Of a DNA stretch of 32,000 nucleotides, positions 1 through 9,514 are shown piece after piece. Within the stretch, counting starts at the first letter, position 1. Every line of letters begins with the position of its first letter. The notes beneath the pieces were generated by a model. The model made no database searches, was not told the origin of the DNA, and was given only the letters and a program-made list of their open reading frames with translations. A program made the position numbers and the translations under genes. The DNA is taken from the NCBI RefSeq assembly GCF_000195755.1, contig NC_002937.3, positions 390,001-422,000 on the forward strand, read 5' to 3'. Origin of the DNA: Nitratidesulfovibrio vulgaris str. Hildenborough (GTDB lineage Bacteria; Desulfobacterota; Desulfovibrionia; Desulfovibrionales; Desulfovibrionaceae).

Positions 1-1483
1 TCTGGATGTTGCGCACGGTGATGCCCACCTCGCCGGTGGCCTGCATGGTCTTCTCGGCAAGCTTGCGCACCTCGTCGGCCACGACGGCGAACCCTCGTCC
101 CGCCTCGCCCGCACGGGCCGCCTCGATGGCGGCGTTGAGGGCCAGCAGGTTCGTCTGGTCGGCGATGTCGTTGATGACGTTGACCACCTTGTCGATGGCG
201 GCGGACTGGGCGTCGAGTTTGCGCATGTCGTCGGCCAGACCTGTGGCCACGGTGTCAAGCGACTGCATGGCATCGAGCGTGGCCTTGACCGAGTCGACCC
301 CCTCGCGGGCCTTGTCGCGGGTGAGGGCCGTCTGTTCGGCTGCGCCTGCAGCACTGTGGGCCACGTCGAGAACCGTCGCGTTCATCTGGCTCATGGCCGT
401 GGCGGTCTCGCCCACCCGTTGCAACTGGATGCCGGACCCACTGTTGATGGAACCCGACAGGGCGGCAAGACGGTGCGAGTCGGTGTCGAGGTCGGTCGTG
501 ACCTCGCCGAGGCGCACGGCGGTGCTGGACATCCCCTCGCGGGAGGCGAGGGCCACACGGGCCATCTCGTCCGCACGGGCAGCCGCTTCAAGGGCACTCT
601 GGGTCTGGCGTTGCGCCTCGGCCTCCTTGGCATGGAGTGCTGCGAAGTTGTCGCGCAGGGTCGTCACCATGTCGGCGAGGGCGCGTTGCAGGGTGGCGGC
701 CTCATCCCTGCCCGACGTGTCGAGGGTGATGTCGAGTTCACCCGCCGTGATGCGCGTGGCGGCATGGGTCGCCGCAGCGAGGGGCCGCACGATGGAACGG
801 GTCAGGGCCATGGCTGCGGGGACGCCCAGAAGCAGCAGCACCGCAAGCACCACACCGAGGGTGATGAGGGTCTCGCGCTGGCTGATGTCCGTCATGGTGG
901 CGTGCAGGGTCTCGCGCGCGGCGTCGATGTTGTCGATGTAGATGCCCGTGCCAATCCAGTAGCGTGTGCCGGGAATGGCCTCGGCATATCCCAGTTTGGA
1001 GAGGTCGCCCTTGCCCGGTTTGGGAAAGACGAAGGTGACGAACCCGCCGCCGCTCGCCGCCACCCGCGCGAGTTCACGTACGTAGTACACGCCTTCGCGG
1101 TCGGTGGTGTTGCCGAGGTCCTTGCCGATGAGTTGTTTCTGGGTCGGGTGGGCGGCGTTGACCGTACCCGTGTAGACGAAGAAGTAGCCGGAGTTGTCGC
1201 TTTCGAAACGCGCCTTCTCGATGGCGTCGGCGATGATGGCGAGTTTCTCCTCGTCGGTCTGTACGCGGGCGGTGAGTACCTCCAGCGACAGGGCCGTGGA
1301 GTGGGTGATGGACTGGATGCGGTTCTTCTGTTCGTCAAGCAGCATGGTCTGCGAGGTGGAGACACCTGCGGCTGTCACTCTGGCGATGGTGCCGTAGAAG
1401 GCCGCTACGATGCAGACGATGCACAGCGCCATGACGGTGAAGAGCGCCGTCATGCGTGTGGCGATGGAATAGTTGCGTAGCAT
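1..1483 (-). CDS. Methyl-accepting chemotaxis protein with Cache-like periplasmic sensor; the C-terminus runs off the window start
   Basis: Absent from the ORF track because it is open to the window edge. My reverse-strand translation from the ATG (complement of 1481-1483) gives [31 protein letters not shown] (TM1). It continues with [14 protein letters not shown]...[22 protein letters not shown] (Cache-like) and a second [18 protein letters not shown]. The invariant MCP hairpin motif [36 protein letters not shown] is encoded at about 40-165. Plus-strand ORFs 6..941 and 356..1480 are antisense shadows of this gene. Confidence 0.9.
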   Translation of the reverse strand, partial: MLRNYSIATRMTALFTVMALCIVCIVAAFYGTIARVTAAGVSTSQTMLLDEQKNRIQSITHSTALSLEVLTARVQTDEEKLAIIADAIEKARFESDNSGYFFVYTGTVNAAHPTQKQLIGKDLGNTTDREGVYYVRELARVAASGGGFVTFVFPKPGKGDLSKLGYAEAIPGTRYWIGTGIYIDNIDAARETLHATMTDISQRETLITLGVVLAVLLLLGVPAAMALTRSIVRPLAAATHAATRITAGELDITLDTSGRDEAATLQRALADMVTTLRDNFAALHAKEAEAQRQTQSALEAAARADEMARVALASREGMSSTAVRLGEVTTDLDTDSHRLAALSGSINSGSGIQLQRVGETATAMSQMNATVLDVAHSAAGAAEQTALTRDKAREGVDSVKATLDAMQSLDTVATGLADDMRKLDAQSAAIDKVVNVINDIADQTNLLALNAAIEAARAGEAGRGFAVVADEVRKLAEKTMQATGEVGITVRNIQ

Positions 1484-1769
1484 GTCTCTCTCGCAGGTTC
1501 TGGGGGTGATGGGGGCGCTGGCCTGAACGTGCGACACAGGTATCTGTCCGCCGTTACGTGCCGGTGAAAGAACGTAGACTTTACCTGCAAATGCCACGAA
1601 GGCAATGGGGGATGTGGAGTATACTGGTGTGGTGTAAGGCTGCGCTCCCGTACTGCGATACTGTCATATGGTGGGGTGGCATGACGTTCACGGTATGGTG
1701 GCAGGGAGGGTGATGCCGTTCAGGACATGGTGTCCGCGAGCAGATGCCGGACTGGCTGTGCATGCTGAT

Positions 1770-1804
1770 GAAGTGCCACACGGTGTGTTCCCGTGCGGCA
1801 CTTC
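1770..1804 (-). terminator. GC-rich hairpin 26 nt downstream of the flippase stop; candidate terminator of the glycan operon (no clear U-tract)
   Basis: Arms GAAGTGCCACACGG and CCGTGCGGCACTTC pair at 13 of 14 positions, with a 7-nt loop. It lies between the flippase stop (1830) and the MCP start (1483). Confidence 0.35.
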
Positions 1805-1829
1805 AGTGTTCTTTCCGGTCGCAGGATCC

Positions 1830-3368
1830 TTATCTGTTGCGACGCAGTCTGCCGAGGGCGCGCGTGGCAAGCCCGGTCAGGTCGGCCCGTGTCAGGCCTG
1901 CGAGAGGCGGGAACAGGAGAACCCCGCCGCCTACGATGCACGAGTAGAGCACGCCCGAGACGAAGAAGCGGACGATGGCCGTGGCATCGCCGAGGCCCAT
2001 CGCCATCGTGCCCGTGCGGCACAGCCACGCCGCACCGACGAGGAAGGCCAGCGCCCCGGCCTGATGGGCGACGTTGCGCCAGAAGTGCATGGGTATCATG
2101 CGCGAGCCCACCCAGAGCATGAAATTGACGGAGACGAACTGGAGCAGCACGGTCTTGATGGCAAGCCCGGTGGCCCCGAGGCCGAAGCCGAAGTGCGAGG
2201 CAGGGGCAAGCAGCAGCCACGACATGCAGAACCCGATGCAGTACTCGGTGACGGCGATGTTGCGCATGGTGCGGGTGCGCCCCATGGAATAGAACACCGC
2301 GCCTGCCAGTTGCCCGTAGCCCTGATGCACGGGGTACAGGGCCATTATCTGCACAGGCACGATGGCCGCCGCATACTGCGCTCCGCCGAAGATGGCCACC
2401 ACGGCGGGGGCTTCGACGGCGGTGAAGCACGAGAAGTAGCCCGCCACGGTGAAGAGCAGGGGGGCGAAGCGGTCGAGCAGCCTGCCCATCTCCTTGAGGT
2501 CCTTGTTGCCGTAGGCGATGGACAGCTCGCGCATGACCAGCGGGGTCATGGCGGAAACGAACAGGAAGCAGGCGATGCCCACCTTCTGCGAGAGGGCGAA
2601 GAATCCCTGCTGCACGCTGCCTTCGAAGGTCTGGAGCAGCCAGCGTTCCGCCACGAGAAACACCGTTGAGGCCAACGCCTGCACGAAGAGGGGCGAACTG
2701 TACGTCCAGAATTCGCGGGTGTAGGCGCGTCGCGCCTCGCGGTCGAGAGTGAAGTCGGGCTTCTGCCAGCAGCCGCGCAGGACGAGGCCGAACCCCGCCG
2801 CCAGCAGGAGAAGCGTGGCGTACTGCTGCGCGAAGAGCACCCCCATGTTGAGCCACCCGGCCCAGAACAGTCCCGCAAGAACGGCCACGCTACCGAGGTT
2901 CACCGCCGTGCGCACCATCTCGCTGGAGACCGTGACACCCAGCGCGTCATTCATGGAACGCAGCACGCGCCCCCACCATGTGAGGAAGGCCCACAGCGCG
3001 GCCAGCGGCACTATCCATGCCGGAACACCCGGCAACAGCCAGTCGCCAAGCACAGGCACGAAGGCCAGCCCCGATGAGAGCATGGTCACCACCAGCATGA
3101 GGGCGGTGGCGCGAAGGTAGAAGGAGACGAGGCCGAATTCCTGCTGTCGCCGTGACAGGGCGTTGTAAAAGCAGGTCGAGGTGCCCATGTCGAGGAAGCC
3201 CGTGAACTGCTGGAACATGTTGGTGGCGAAACTGTAGTCGCCGTAGGCCTTGGGGCCGAGGGCGCGAGGCAGTATGGCCTCCATCGTCAGGTACACGGGG
3301 ATGCTGGCGACGTTGGCAAGCAGCTTGTAGGCGTAGCGTTTGGCGAGTGTCTGCTGGGGTTGGGCCAT
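1830..3368 (-). CDS. Oligosaccharide/polysaccharide flippase, Wzx-like (MOP superfamily)
   Basis: 512 aa with an ATG start, and hydrophobic throughout with many predicted helices. The N-terminal region KLLANVASIPVYLTMEAILPRALGPKAYGDYSFATNMFQQF is typical of polysaccharide-biosynthesis (Wzx/RfbX-type) transporters. Confidence 0.8.
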   Translation of the reverse strand: MAQPQQTLAKRYAYKLLANVASIPVYLTMEAILPRALGPKAYGDYSFATNMFQQFTGFLDMGTSTCFYNALSRRQQEFGLVSFYLRATALMLVVTMLSSGLAFVPVLGDWLLPGVPAWIVPLAALWAFLTWWGRVLRSMNDALGVTVSSEMVRTAVNLGSVAVLAGLFWAGWLNMGVLFAQQYATLLLLAAGFGLVLRGCWQKPDFTLDREARRAYTREFWTYSSPLFVQALASTVFLVAERWLLQTFEGSVQQGFFALSQKVGIACFLFVSAMTPLVMRELSIAYGNKDLKEMGRLLDRFAPLLFTVAGYFSCFTAVEAPAVVAIFGGAQYAAAIVPVQIMALYPVHQGYGQLAGAVFYSMGRTRTMRNIAVTEYCIGFCMSWLLLAPASHFGFGLGATGLAIKTVLLQFVSVNFMLWVGSRMIPMHFWRNVAHQAGALAFLVGAAWLCRTGTMAMGLGDATAIVRFFVSGVLYSCIVGGGVLLFPPLAGLTRADLTGLATRALGRLRRNR

Positions 3369-3663
3369 GATGGAGTCCGTTCTGTGCGTCGGGGCGGCGC
3401 GCGTTACGTCGTGTGTGATGGTGCAGGGCGCGGTTGCCGCGTCGACCGGTGTGGACGGAAAAGAGGCGGCATCGGGGATGGTCGGGAACCCCTTGTCACC
3501 TGACGTGTCACATCGTGTGGCTTATCACGTGGTGTGTCGCGGATTGTACCGCGCGTGACGGCGTGCTTTGGGACAGCGTACGGGGCGCAGAGAGCAGGGG
3601 ACTGAAAATCCCCCGGTCCGTCGTCTCGTACGCTACGGTTTCAACCGGCCGCCACCAAAAACG

Positions 3664-4335
3664 TCACGGCAAATGTCGTACCACGCGGGCGGGTACGCCC
3701 GCCACCAGTGTCGCGGGGGGAACGTCGCGTGTGACCACGCTGCCTGCCGCCACGATGGCTCCGTCACCGATGGTCACGCCCTTGAGCACGATGCAGCGCA
3801 TCCCCAGCCAGACATGTTGACCGATGGTCACGTCGGCATCGCGTTCGAAGGCGGGTGTGTCCAGCCGCGTCTCGGGGGGCCACATGGCGTGGAAGTCGGA
3901 GTCGGTGATGACGCAGTTGGGCGCGACCATGGTGCCCTTGCCGATGCGGATGGTGCGCGACCGGGCGGTGATGGCCGTGCCGTTGAGACTCACGCCGTCC
4001 TCGAGGATGATGCGTGCCGTGGGCGCGAAGGTGCGAAGTCGCGTGGGGGCGTGGATGGTGGCAGAAGTGCAGCGCCGTGACGAGGAGATGATGCTCACCC
4101 CGTCGCCGAGTTCGATGCGGCTGCCCGGCCAGCGCGAGAGGATGACCGTGCCGAAGCACTCGCAGCCCTTGCCGACGGTGATGCCGAGGCAACCGGCCTT
4201 GGCCCGCAGCATGAGCGTGCCCCATGCCCCGGAAAGCAGGCGATGCCCCGCGATACAGCCGTAGCTGAAGAGGTCGCGCGGGGTGAGGCCGCGGTCGCGT
4301 ATCTTGTGCAGTGCGTTGCGAAGTCTGCCGGACAT
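3664..4335 (-). CDS. Hexapeptide-repeat (left-handed beta-helix) acetyltransferase, WcaF/maltose-O-acetyltransferase-like
   Basis: 223 aa with imperfect hexapeptide repeats: IELGDGVSIISS, ILEDGVSLNGTAITARSRTIRIGKGTMVAPNCVITDSDFH, VTIGQHVWLGMRCIVLKGVTIGDGAIVAAGSVVTRDVP. It starts 18 nt downstream of the preceding gene. Confidence 0.8.
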   Translation of the reverse strand: MSGRLRNALHKIRDRGLTPRDLFSYGCIAGHRLLSGAWGTLMLRAKAGCLGITVGKGCECFGTVILSRWPGSRIELGDGVSIISSSRRCTSATIHAPTRLRTFAPTARIILEDGVSLNGTAITARSRTIRIGKGTMVAPNCVITDSDFHAMWPPETRLDTPAFERDADVTIGQHVWLGMRCIVLKGVTIGDGAIVAAGSVVTRDVPPATLVAGVPARVVRHLP

Positions 4336-4353
4336 GGGCGTGCGTCTCGCGGG

Positions 4354-6078
4354 CTAGAGGGTCCGCAGGGTCTGCGTCCATACCCTGTCGAAATCGTCGT
4401 CGGTGGTCAGGGCATAGCGGGCGGACCACCGGGCGCGTGCCTCGCGTACCGGGGCGGAGTGCCACCAGCCGGGAACGTCGTCCCAGATGCGGGCGATGTG
4501 CGCTGCCGCAGCCGCAGGGGTGCGGTGATAGATGCCCGCCTCCTCAAGCCAGCCGAGGGCCTCTTCCGTCTCGGGGCACACGCGCCAGTGTTGCATGTTC
4601 CAGAACAGCACCATGGGTACGTCGGCGGCCATGGCCAGTTCAAGGGTTGTGCCGTGGTGGTCGAGGACAAGCAGACGGCAACGGAGCATGTGGTCGTCGA
4701 GGCTGCCCGTGCAGCGTTCCACGTCAGGCACCCGTCGCAGCACCCATGGCGCGTCTTCGAGTCCGCTACGGGTCTCGAAGTAGGGCCGGTACAGGGTGGC
4801 CTTGCGGGTGGCTTCGGGCAGGGCTTCGAGGAACGTCACCTTGTCGTTGCGGTAGTGCGTGAATTCGAAAGGCTGCGGCTTGGAGTCGAGTCTGTAGTTG
4901 AAGGTACTCATCTCCGCGCCCACGAGGATGAGCCTGCCGCTTTCGTCCCGGTGCCTGCCGCGCAACTCCTGAAGCTGCGCGTGGGGCACGGGTACGAAGT
5001 TGCCCTTGTGCGGCCCGTGCGAGGTCCACCCCCATGTGAGGAAGGCGTGCTGGTTGTACTCGTAGACGGGCGATGTGCCGTAGGTGCGGACATGCCCGTA
5101 GTTGCCGCCATGCTGGATGAAGACCAGCCGGGTGCCGGCAGCGCGTGCGGCGGCGAGATGAAAGCGGTAGGGGTCGTCGTAGAAGCTGGCGACGCTGGCG
5201 ACACGGATGCCGGGACGGGCAGCGGGCTTCACGCGGCGCGGGAGCGGCGTGGTGTAGAAGCTGCGCGGGATGGACGGCAACAGTACCGTGTCGGGGTCGA
5301 AGCACCACTGCGGCATCCTGCCCCGCAGCCTGTCGAGGGGTATCGTGTTGTCGGCGGAGTTGCGGTTGGCCATGAGGGCCAGCGAATACAGCAGCGAACG
5401 ACGGGTGGAGAAGCCCTTCACGCGGGGGAATGGCAGTTTGTAGAGCAGGGTGCGCGCCATGTGGCGCAAGCCCTTCTCGGGAGCGCCGCAATGGCGCGTG
5501 ACGGGTTGCGCCCAGCGCACGGTCCACGCCGCCGGGACCATGCCCTCGATCATGCGCGAGAAGACCCAGTGGTTGAACAGGTTGTCCTGTGCGCCGTGGA
5601 GGACGAAATCGTGCGTCGAGTGGAAGGAGAAGGCGCAGTCGCCGGGCAGCAGGGTGACTTCAAGTTCTTCGTCACCGAAGAGGCGTAGCATGTCCTGTAC
5701 GCGACGTTGCCGTTCCACCAGCAACTGTCCGCAGAGTGCCAGCCACGGGATGAGGGCCACCTCCCAGAAGGCGCGTGGCAGGTCGGCACCGTGGTGCGCG
5801 CCCAGCCGCAGGGCGATGTCGTCGATGCGGCTGATGGCATAGGTGTGGGCCTCGTCCTGCGCTTGTGCCAGAAGGTCGGGGTCGGCGAAGGGCGGCGGGC
5901 AGATGGTGAAGGATGTCTCCCAGCCGGGAAAGCGTTCCTCCTGACCGGCGAAGGCCCACGGCCCCGCCATGATATGCGTCTCGGGCGTGGCGTCTTCGGG
6001 GGCGGCCCCGAGGACGAGGACGCGGCGTGCGGTGCTGTCGCTCATGGATGTGACCTGCGCCGCCGTGCCGTGGGGCAC
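4354..6078 (-). CDS. Large uncharacterised protein; putative glycosyl (ulosonic-acid?) transferase, possibly of the LIC12162/TIGR04331 type
   Basis: 574-aa ORF embedded in the operon. The start is either GTG at 6078 or ATG at 6045 (MSDSTARRVLVLG). The C-terminal half has GT-B-like patches: LVFIQHGGNYGH, RLILVGAEMS, LLVLDHHGTTLELAMAADVPMVLFW. I recognise no canonical family motif; the family guess is recollection only. Confidence that it is a real CDS is about 0.85; the value given is for the functional call. Confidence 0.4.
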   Translation of the reverse strand: MPHGTAAQVTSMSDSTARRVLVLGAAPEDATPETHIMAGPWAFAGQEERFPGWETSFTICPPPFADPDLLAQAQDEAHTYAISRIDDIALRLGAHHGADLPRAFWEVALIPWLALCGQLLVERQRRVQDMLRLFGDEELEVTLLPGDCAFSFHSTHDFVLHGAQDNLFNHWVFSRMIEGMVPAAWTVRWAQPVTRHCGAPEKGLRHMARTLLYKLPFPRVKGFSTRRSLLYSLALMANRNSADNTIPLDRLRGRMPQWCFDPDTVLLPSIPRSFYTTPLPRRVKPAARPGIRVASVASFYDDPYRFHLAAARAAGTRLVFIQHGGNYGHVRTYGTSPVYEYNQHAFLTWGWTSHGPHKGNFVPVPHAQLQELRGRHRDESGRLILVGAEMSTFNYRLDSKPQPFEFTHYRNDKVTFLEALPEATRKATLYRPYFETRSGLEDAPWVLRRVPDVERCTGSLDDHMLRCRLLVLDHHGTTLELAMAADVPMVLFWNMQHWRVCPETEEALGWLEEAGIYHRTPAAAAAHIARIWDDVPGWWHSAPVREARARWSARYALTTDDDFDRVWTQTLRTL

Positions 6079-6097
6079 GGCGGCGCGGTTGCGGTTG

Positions 6098-7156
6098 CTA
6101 TTCGAGATGGCCCCATTTCAGGACGGTGTCTTCGGCGATGTCGGCGCGTGCCTTCATGCCCACGACCTCGTCATAGCAGCGGGGGCTGATGCCGTGGGCC
6201 GGACGCTTCCACGTCAGGTCGGCGGGTTCGAGCACCTTGCCCGCGGGAATGGCGCGGGCGGCCACGAGGCTGCGGCGGGCGTTGCGGCGTGCCGGTTCCT
6301 CGGAGGGCAGCGAGGTGATGTTGCACGGGCCCACCATGCCGGTGACGCGCTCCATGTTCGTGCGGAAGACCTTGAGGTCGTCCTTGTCCATGGCGTGGTA
6401 GTGGTCGTTGCCCGGCAGGGTCTTGTCGTGGCTGAAGTGCTTTTCGAGGATGGTCGCACCGAGCAGCGTGGCCACTTCGAGCACCTTCATGTCACGCGGG
6501 AGGGTGTGGTCGGAATAGCCGATGAGGTGCTGCGGGAAGTGCTGGCGCAACACGGGGATCATGCCGAGGCCCGCGTTCACGTCGTCGGTGGGGTAGTTCA
6601 GCACGCAGTGCAGCAACGCCAGCGGGTTGCCCTTCTCTTCGATCCACGACACGGCCTCTGCGATCTCATGCAGGTAGGCGGCCCCGGTGGAGAGGATGAT
6701 GGGCTTCTTGAAGTCGCACAGGAAGCGGATGAACGGCTTGTTCGTGATGTCCGACGAGGAGATCTTGAACACGTCCATGAGATCGTCGAGGAAACCTGCC
6801 GACTCCACGTCGAACGGCGTGGAGAGGAACTCGATGCCCGCCGTGTCGCAATGTCGCTTCAGGGCCTCGAACTCGCCCTTCCAGAACTTGTCGTGGCGGG
6901 TGAACAGCTCGTACTGGCTCTTGGTGGGTTCCTTGGTGGTGTCCCAGTAGGCCGGAGAGTCCTTGGATGCGAGCGTGGCCGCCTTGTAGGTCTGGAACTT
7001 GATGGCGTCGGCACCGCCTTCGCACGCCTCGTCGATGAGGCGGCGCGCGATGTCCATGCTGCCTTCGTGGTTCACGCCCGCTTCGGCGATGACATAGGGC
7101 CGTGCGATGCCGTCGGCGGGGACGGGGCGGTGTGCGAACAGTTCGAGAAGTTTCAT
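6098..7156 (-). CDS. N-acetylneuraminate-synthase-family enzyme (NeuB/PseI/LegI/SpsE type) with C-terminal SAF domain
   Basis: 352 aa. Motifs: YVIAEAGVNHEGSMDIARRLIDEA, GADAIKFQTY, PIILSTGAA, GYSDHT. The C-terminal SAF-like stretch is RRSLVAARAIPAGKVLEPADLTWKRPAHGISP. A strong RBS (GGGAGGAGCACG) precedes the ATG. Confidence 0.9.
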   Translation of the reverse strand: MKLLELFAHRPVPADGIARPYVIAEAGVNHEGSMDIARRLIDEACEGGADAIKFQTYKAATLASKDSPAYWDTTKEPTKSQYELFTRHDKFWKGEFEALKRHCDTAGIEFLSTPFDVESAGFLDDLMDVFKISSSDITNKPFIRFLCDFKKPIILSTGAAYLHEIAEAVSWIEEKGNPLALLHCVLNYPTDDVNAGLGMIPVLRQHFPQHLIGYSDHTLPRDMKVLEVATLLGATILEKHFSHDKTLPGNDHYHAMDKDDLKVFRTNMERVTGMVGPCNITSLPSEEPARRNARRSLVAARAIPAGKVLEPADLTWKRPAHGISPRCYDEVVGMKARADIAEDTVLKWGHLE

Positions 7157-7192
7157 CGTGCTCCTCCCTTGGTTGGGTTGGGGCTGTTGGGC

Positions 7193-7876
7193 TTATGCCG
7201 TGCGGGGGAGCATGGCGACCAGCTCCTCCGGGGTGATGTCGGGATGGATGTCCATAAGGGCGAGGTACCGGTAGTCGGCGGGCGTGTCCATGTCCAGTTT
7301 GAGGTCGGGACGGTGCAACGCCGGGTCGGCCGGGTCGAAGGTACGTATGGTGTAGCGTTCGGGGTGCGCCCAGATGAACGACAGGCAGTGCTCGCGGTGT
7401 TCGGGCAGCGTCGCCTCGCGGGCCACTTCCTCGAGCAGTGCGAACGAGAGCGTCTCCGCCCCGAGACCGTCGGGGTAGAGGTTGCCGCGCGGGATGTGGT
7501 TGTAGGCGTAGTCGCACCCCTCGGCCCGCCAGAAGCGGATGAGGTCGTCGATGGCACCGCCCCAGATGAGCGGGTTGTCGGCGCACACGCGCACCACCTG
7601 CTCTGCGCCGTAGGCAGCCCCGGCGAGGCGGAAGCGTTCGAGCACGTCGTCTTCCGGCCCGCGGAACACCGCCACCCCCTGCCGGGAGAGGTGATGTTCG
7701 AGGATGTCGTTCTCGGGCTGCGTGGAGGTGGCTACCACCACCTCGTCGACGAGGGTGGCACGGCGTACGCGGCGCACGACCCAGTCGATGACGGGCAGGC
7801 CGTGCAGCGAGAGCATCATCTTGCAGGGCAGGCGGCTGGAACCGAGGCGTGCCTGTATGAGGGCTACGGTCTTCAT
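7193..7876 (-). CDS. SpsF-like cytidylyltransferase (CTP_transf_3 family)
   Basis: 227 aa. The N-terminus KTVALIQARLGSSRLPCKMMLSLHGLPVIDWVV is the SpsF/FlmC-type nucleotidyltransferase signature. Its ATG overlaps the upstream stop as ATGA (7873-7876). Confidence 0.8.
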   Translation of the reverse strand: MKTVALIQARLGSSRLPCKMMLSLHGLPVIDWVVRRVRRATLVDEVVVATSTQPENDILEHHLSRQGVAVFRGPEDDVLERFRLAGAAYGAEQVVRVCADNPLIWGGAIDDLIRFWRAEGCDYAYNHIPRGNLYPDGLGAETLSFALLEEVAREATLPEHREHCLSFIWAHPERYTIRTFDPADPALHRPDLKLDMDTPADYRYLALMDIHPDITPEELVAMLPRTA

Positions 7877-9507
7877 GCGTTCTCCGGTGCGGGGGTGTCG
7901 TCGAGCAGCGCGGTGATGCGGCGTACCACGTCGGCCTTGTTGCGGATGAAGTCGAACCGCGCCTGCCTGTCGAACAGACGGCGGCGGTTTCCGGCGTCGA
8001 GAAGCTGGGTGAACACGCGGGTGAGCTTGGCCCCGTCGAAGTGCTCCATGACGCCGAGGTAGGCGAAGCCGTTGCGTCCGCGGGCGAAGGTGTGCCGCCC
8101 CTCCCGTTCGTGATGGGCCATGACGATGGCAGGCACGCGCATGTGCGCCAGTTCATACACCGTGCGTCCGGCGGAACAGATGGCGAGGTCGGCCCCCTCC
8201 ATCATGCGGGACATGACGTTGGTGGCGTAGGTGAACTCCACGAGGGGCGAACCAAGCCGTTCCACATGTTCCTGCATGGCGTCCTTGTGGGCGTAACCTG
8301 GGCCCGCCACAAGCCGGATGGTGATGCCGCGTTCGCGGCACAGCGGTTCGATGGCGTCGAGGGTGCCACGGCTGAAGTCGGAGTGGTCGGTGCCGCCGAA
8401 GGTGACAAGGACGCAACGCACCGGGTCGCGATAGTCGTTGCGAACGCCGTTGACGAATTCGTCGCGCAGGCAGAAGAAGCGGTGCCCGTGCAGGAAACGC
8501 GGGTCGTCGACCTTCTCCTCGTACAGGGCGTTGACCACAAGGTCTGCCAGATGCGCGCCGGGCCCTTCGTCCTCGAAGTTGACCACGCGCACACCCGCCT
8601 CCCTGAGGCGGCCCACATAGTCGGCATCGGTGTTGAGGATGTCGTTGATGACGAGGTCGGGTCGCAGGGACAGTACATCCGCCGCAAGGTCGTCGCCCTG
8701 CTGCACCCGCGTACGGTAGTCGCGTGCGGCGATGTTGCTGGCTGCAAGCTCGCTTTCACGGGTGCACAGGAAGGTGATGCGGTGGTCGGCCACCTCGTGT
8801 GCCAGCATCAGCGCACGGAAGATGTGTCCCATGCCGATGGCGGGGTAGCCCGCCACCACGAACACGATGTGCTTGCGGCAGAGCAGCTTCTCGCAGATCC
8901 ACCAGTCCTGGTAGCTGTTTATCTCGATGGCCCGGTCGTTGAGGAAGTAGGGGACGACCTTGCGTACCTCGCCGCGGGTCAGCGCCGAGGCGTCGAGCAT
9001 GACCAGTGCCTTGCTCTCGACATAGATGGAAGGTTCGGTCTCGTCCTGCGACAGCAGGGCGTCGAGTCCCCCGTTGCGCTTCTCCCACACGCGGTGGCGC
9101 ACGCTCTTGACGGTGACGAGGCAGTCGGCCCCTTCGCGCAGGAAGGTGGCGTAGGCGTCTTCGATGTCGTCGGCGGTGAGCAGGGGGCAGCTTGCGCGGT
9201 AGATGACGATATGCCCGTAGCTGCGGGCGAGGTCTTCAAGAACGCCGCGCAATTCGCGCACGATGTCCAGCGTGGCGAGATGCAGTCCGGGGTTGCACAC
9301 ATGGCGCACCCCGTTGCGTTCGCAGATGAGGGCGATTTCCTGACTGTCGGTGACGACCACGATGTCGTCGCCGGGGGCAAGCGCCTTGGCGGTGTCGATG
9401 GCACGCTGGATGAGCGTCACCCCCGCCAGCCGTTTCACCAGCTGGTCGGGGATGACCGCGTTCTTCTTGACCGCGGGGATGACGACGCAGCGTCGCGTGT
9501 CGCTCAT
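7873..9507 (-). CDS. Fusion protein: N-terminal acylneuraminate-type cytidylyltransferase domain plus C-terminal PseG-like (SpsG / GT28-C fold) nucleotide-sugar hydrolase domain
   Basis: 544 aa. Residues about 1-215 (CVVIPAVKKNAVIPDQLVKRLAGVTLIQRAIDTA ... VIYRASCPLL) look NeuA/PseF-like. From about residue 220 I read HIVFVVAGYPAIGMGHIFRALMLAHEV (PseG GxGH-R-LA motif), VLVTFGGTDHSDF and GADLAICSAGRTVYELAHMRVPAIVM (PseG/MurG C-terminal pattern). Confidence 0.75.
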   Translation of the reverse strand: MSDTRRCVVIPAVKKNAVIPDQLVKRLAGVTLIQRAIDTAKALAPGDDIVVVTDSQEIALICERNGVRHVCNPGLHLATLDIVRELRGVLEDLARSYGHIVIYRASCPLLTADDIEDAYATFLREGADCLVTVKSVRHRVWEKRNGGLDALLSQDETEPSIYVESKALVMLDASALTRGEVRKVVPYFLNDRAIEINSYQDWWICEKLLCRKHIVFVVAGYPAIGMGHIFRALMLAHEVADHRITFLCTRESELAASNIAARDYRTRVQQGDDLAADVLSLRPDLVINDILNTDADYVGRLREAGVRVVNFEDEGPGAHLADLVVNALYEEKVDDPRFLHGHRFFCLRDEFVNGVRNDYRDPVRCVLVTFGGTDHSDFSRGTLDAIEPLCRERGITIRLVAGPGYAHKDAMQEHVERLGSPLVEFTYATNVMSRMMEGADLAICSAGRTVYELAHMRVPAIVMAHHEREGRHTFARGRNGFAYLGVMEHFDGAKLTRVFTQLLDAGNRRRLFDRQARFDFIRNKADVVRRITALLDDTPAPENA

Positions 9508-9514
9508 GCGGCGG

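Noticed and set aside
1763-1778. Sigma-54-like element on the minus strand, TGGCAC-TTCAT-CAGCA, about 280 nt upstream of the MCP start.
   Set aside because: The -12 region is AGC rather than TGC, and the element overlaps the operon-terminal hairpin. From a rough base-composition estimate I expect about 20 chance TGGCAC hexamers in this window on both strands. About 2 of those would have GC at the right spacing, so this is not distinguishable from chance.
5969-8062. Very long ORFs on the opposite strand of clearly recognisable genes: 5969..8062 (+), 8041..9747 (+), 4243..5688 (+), 17270..18346 (-), 19340..21145 (-), 28547..30418 (-), 6..941 (+), 356..1480 (+).
   Set aside because: Their translations are Arg/Gly/Ala/His-rich with no motifs. 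Each overlaps a gene with strong family signatures on the other strand. They are the typical stop-poor antisense frames of high-GC DNA.
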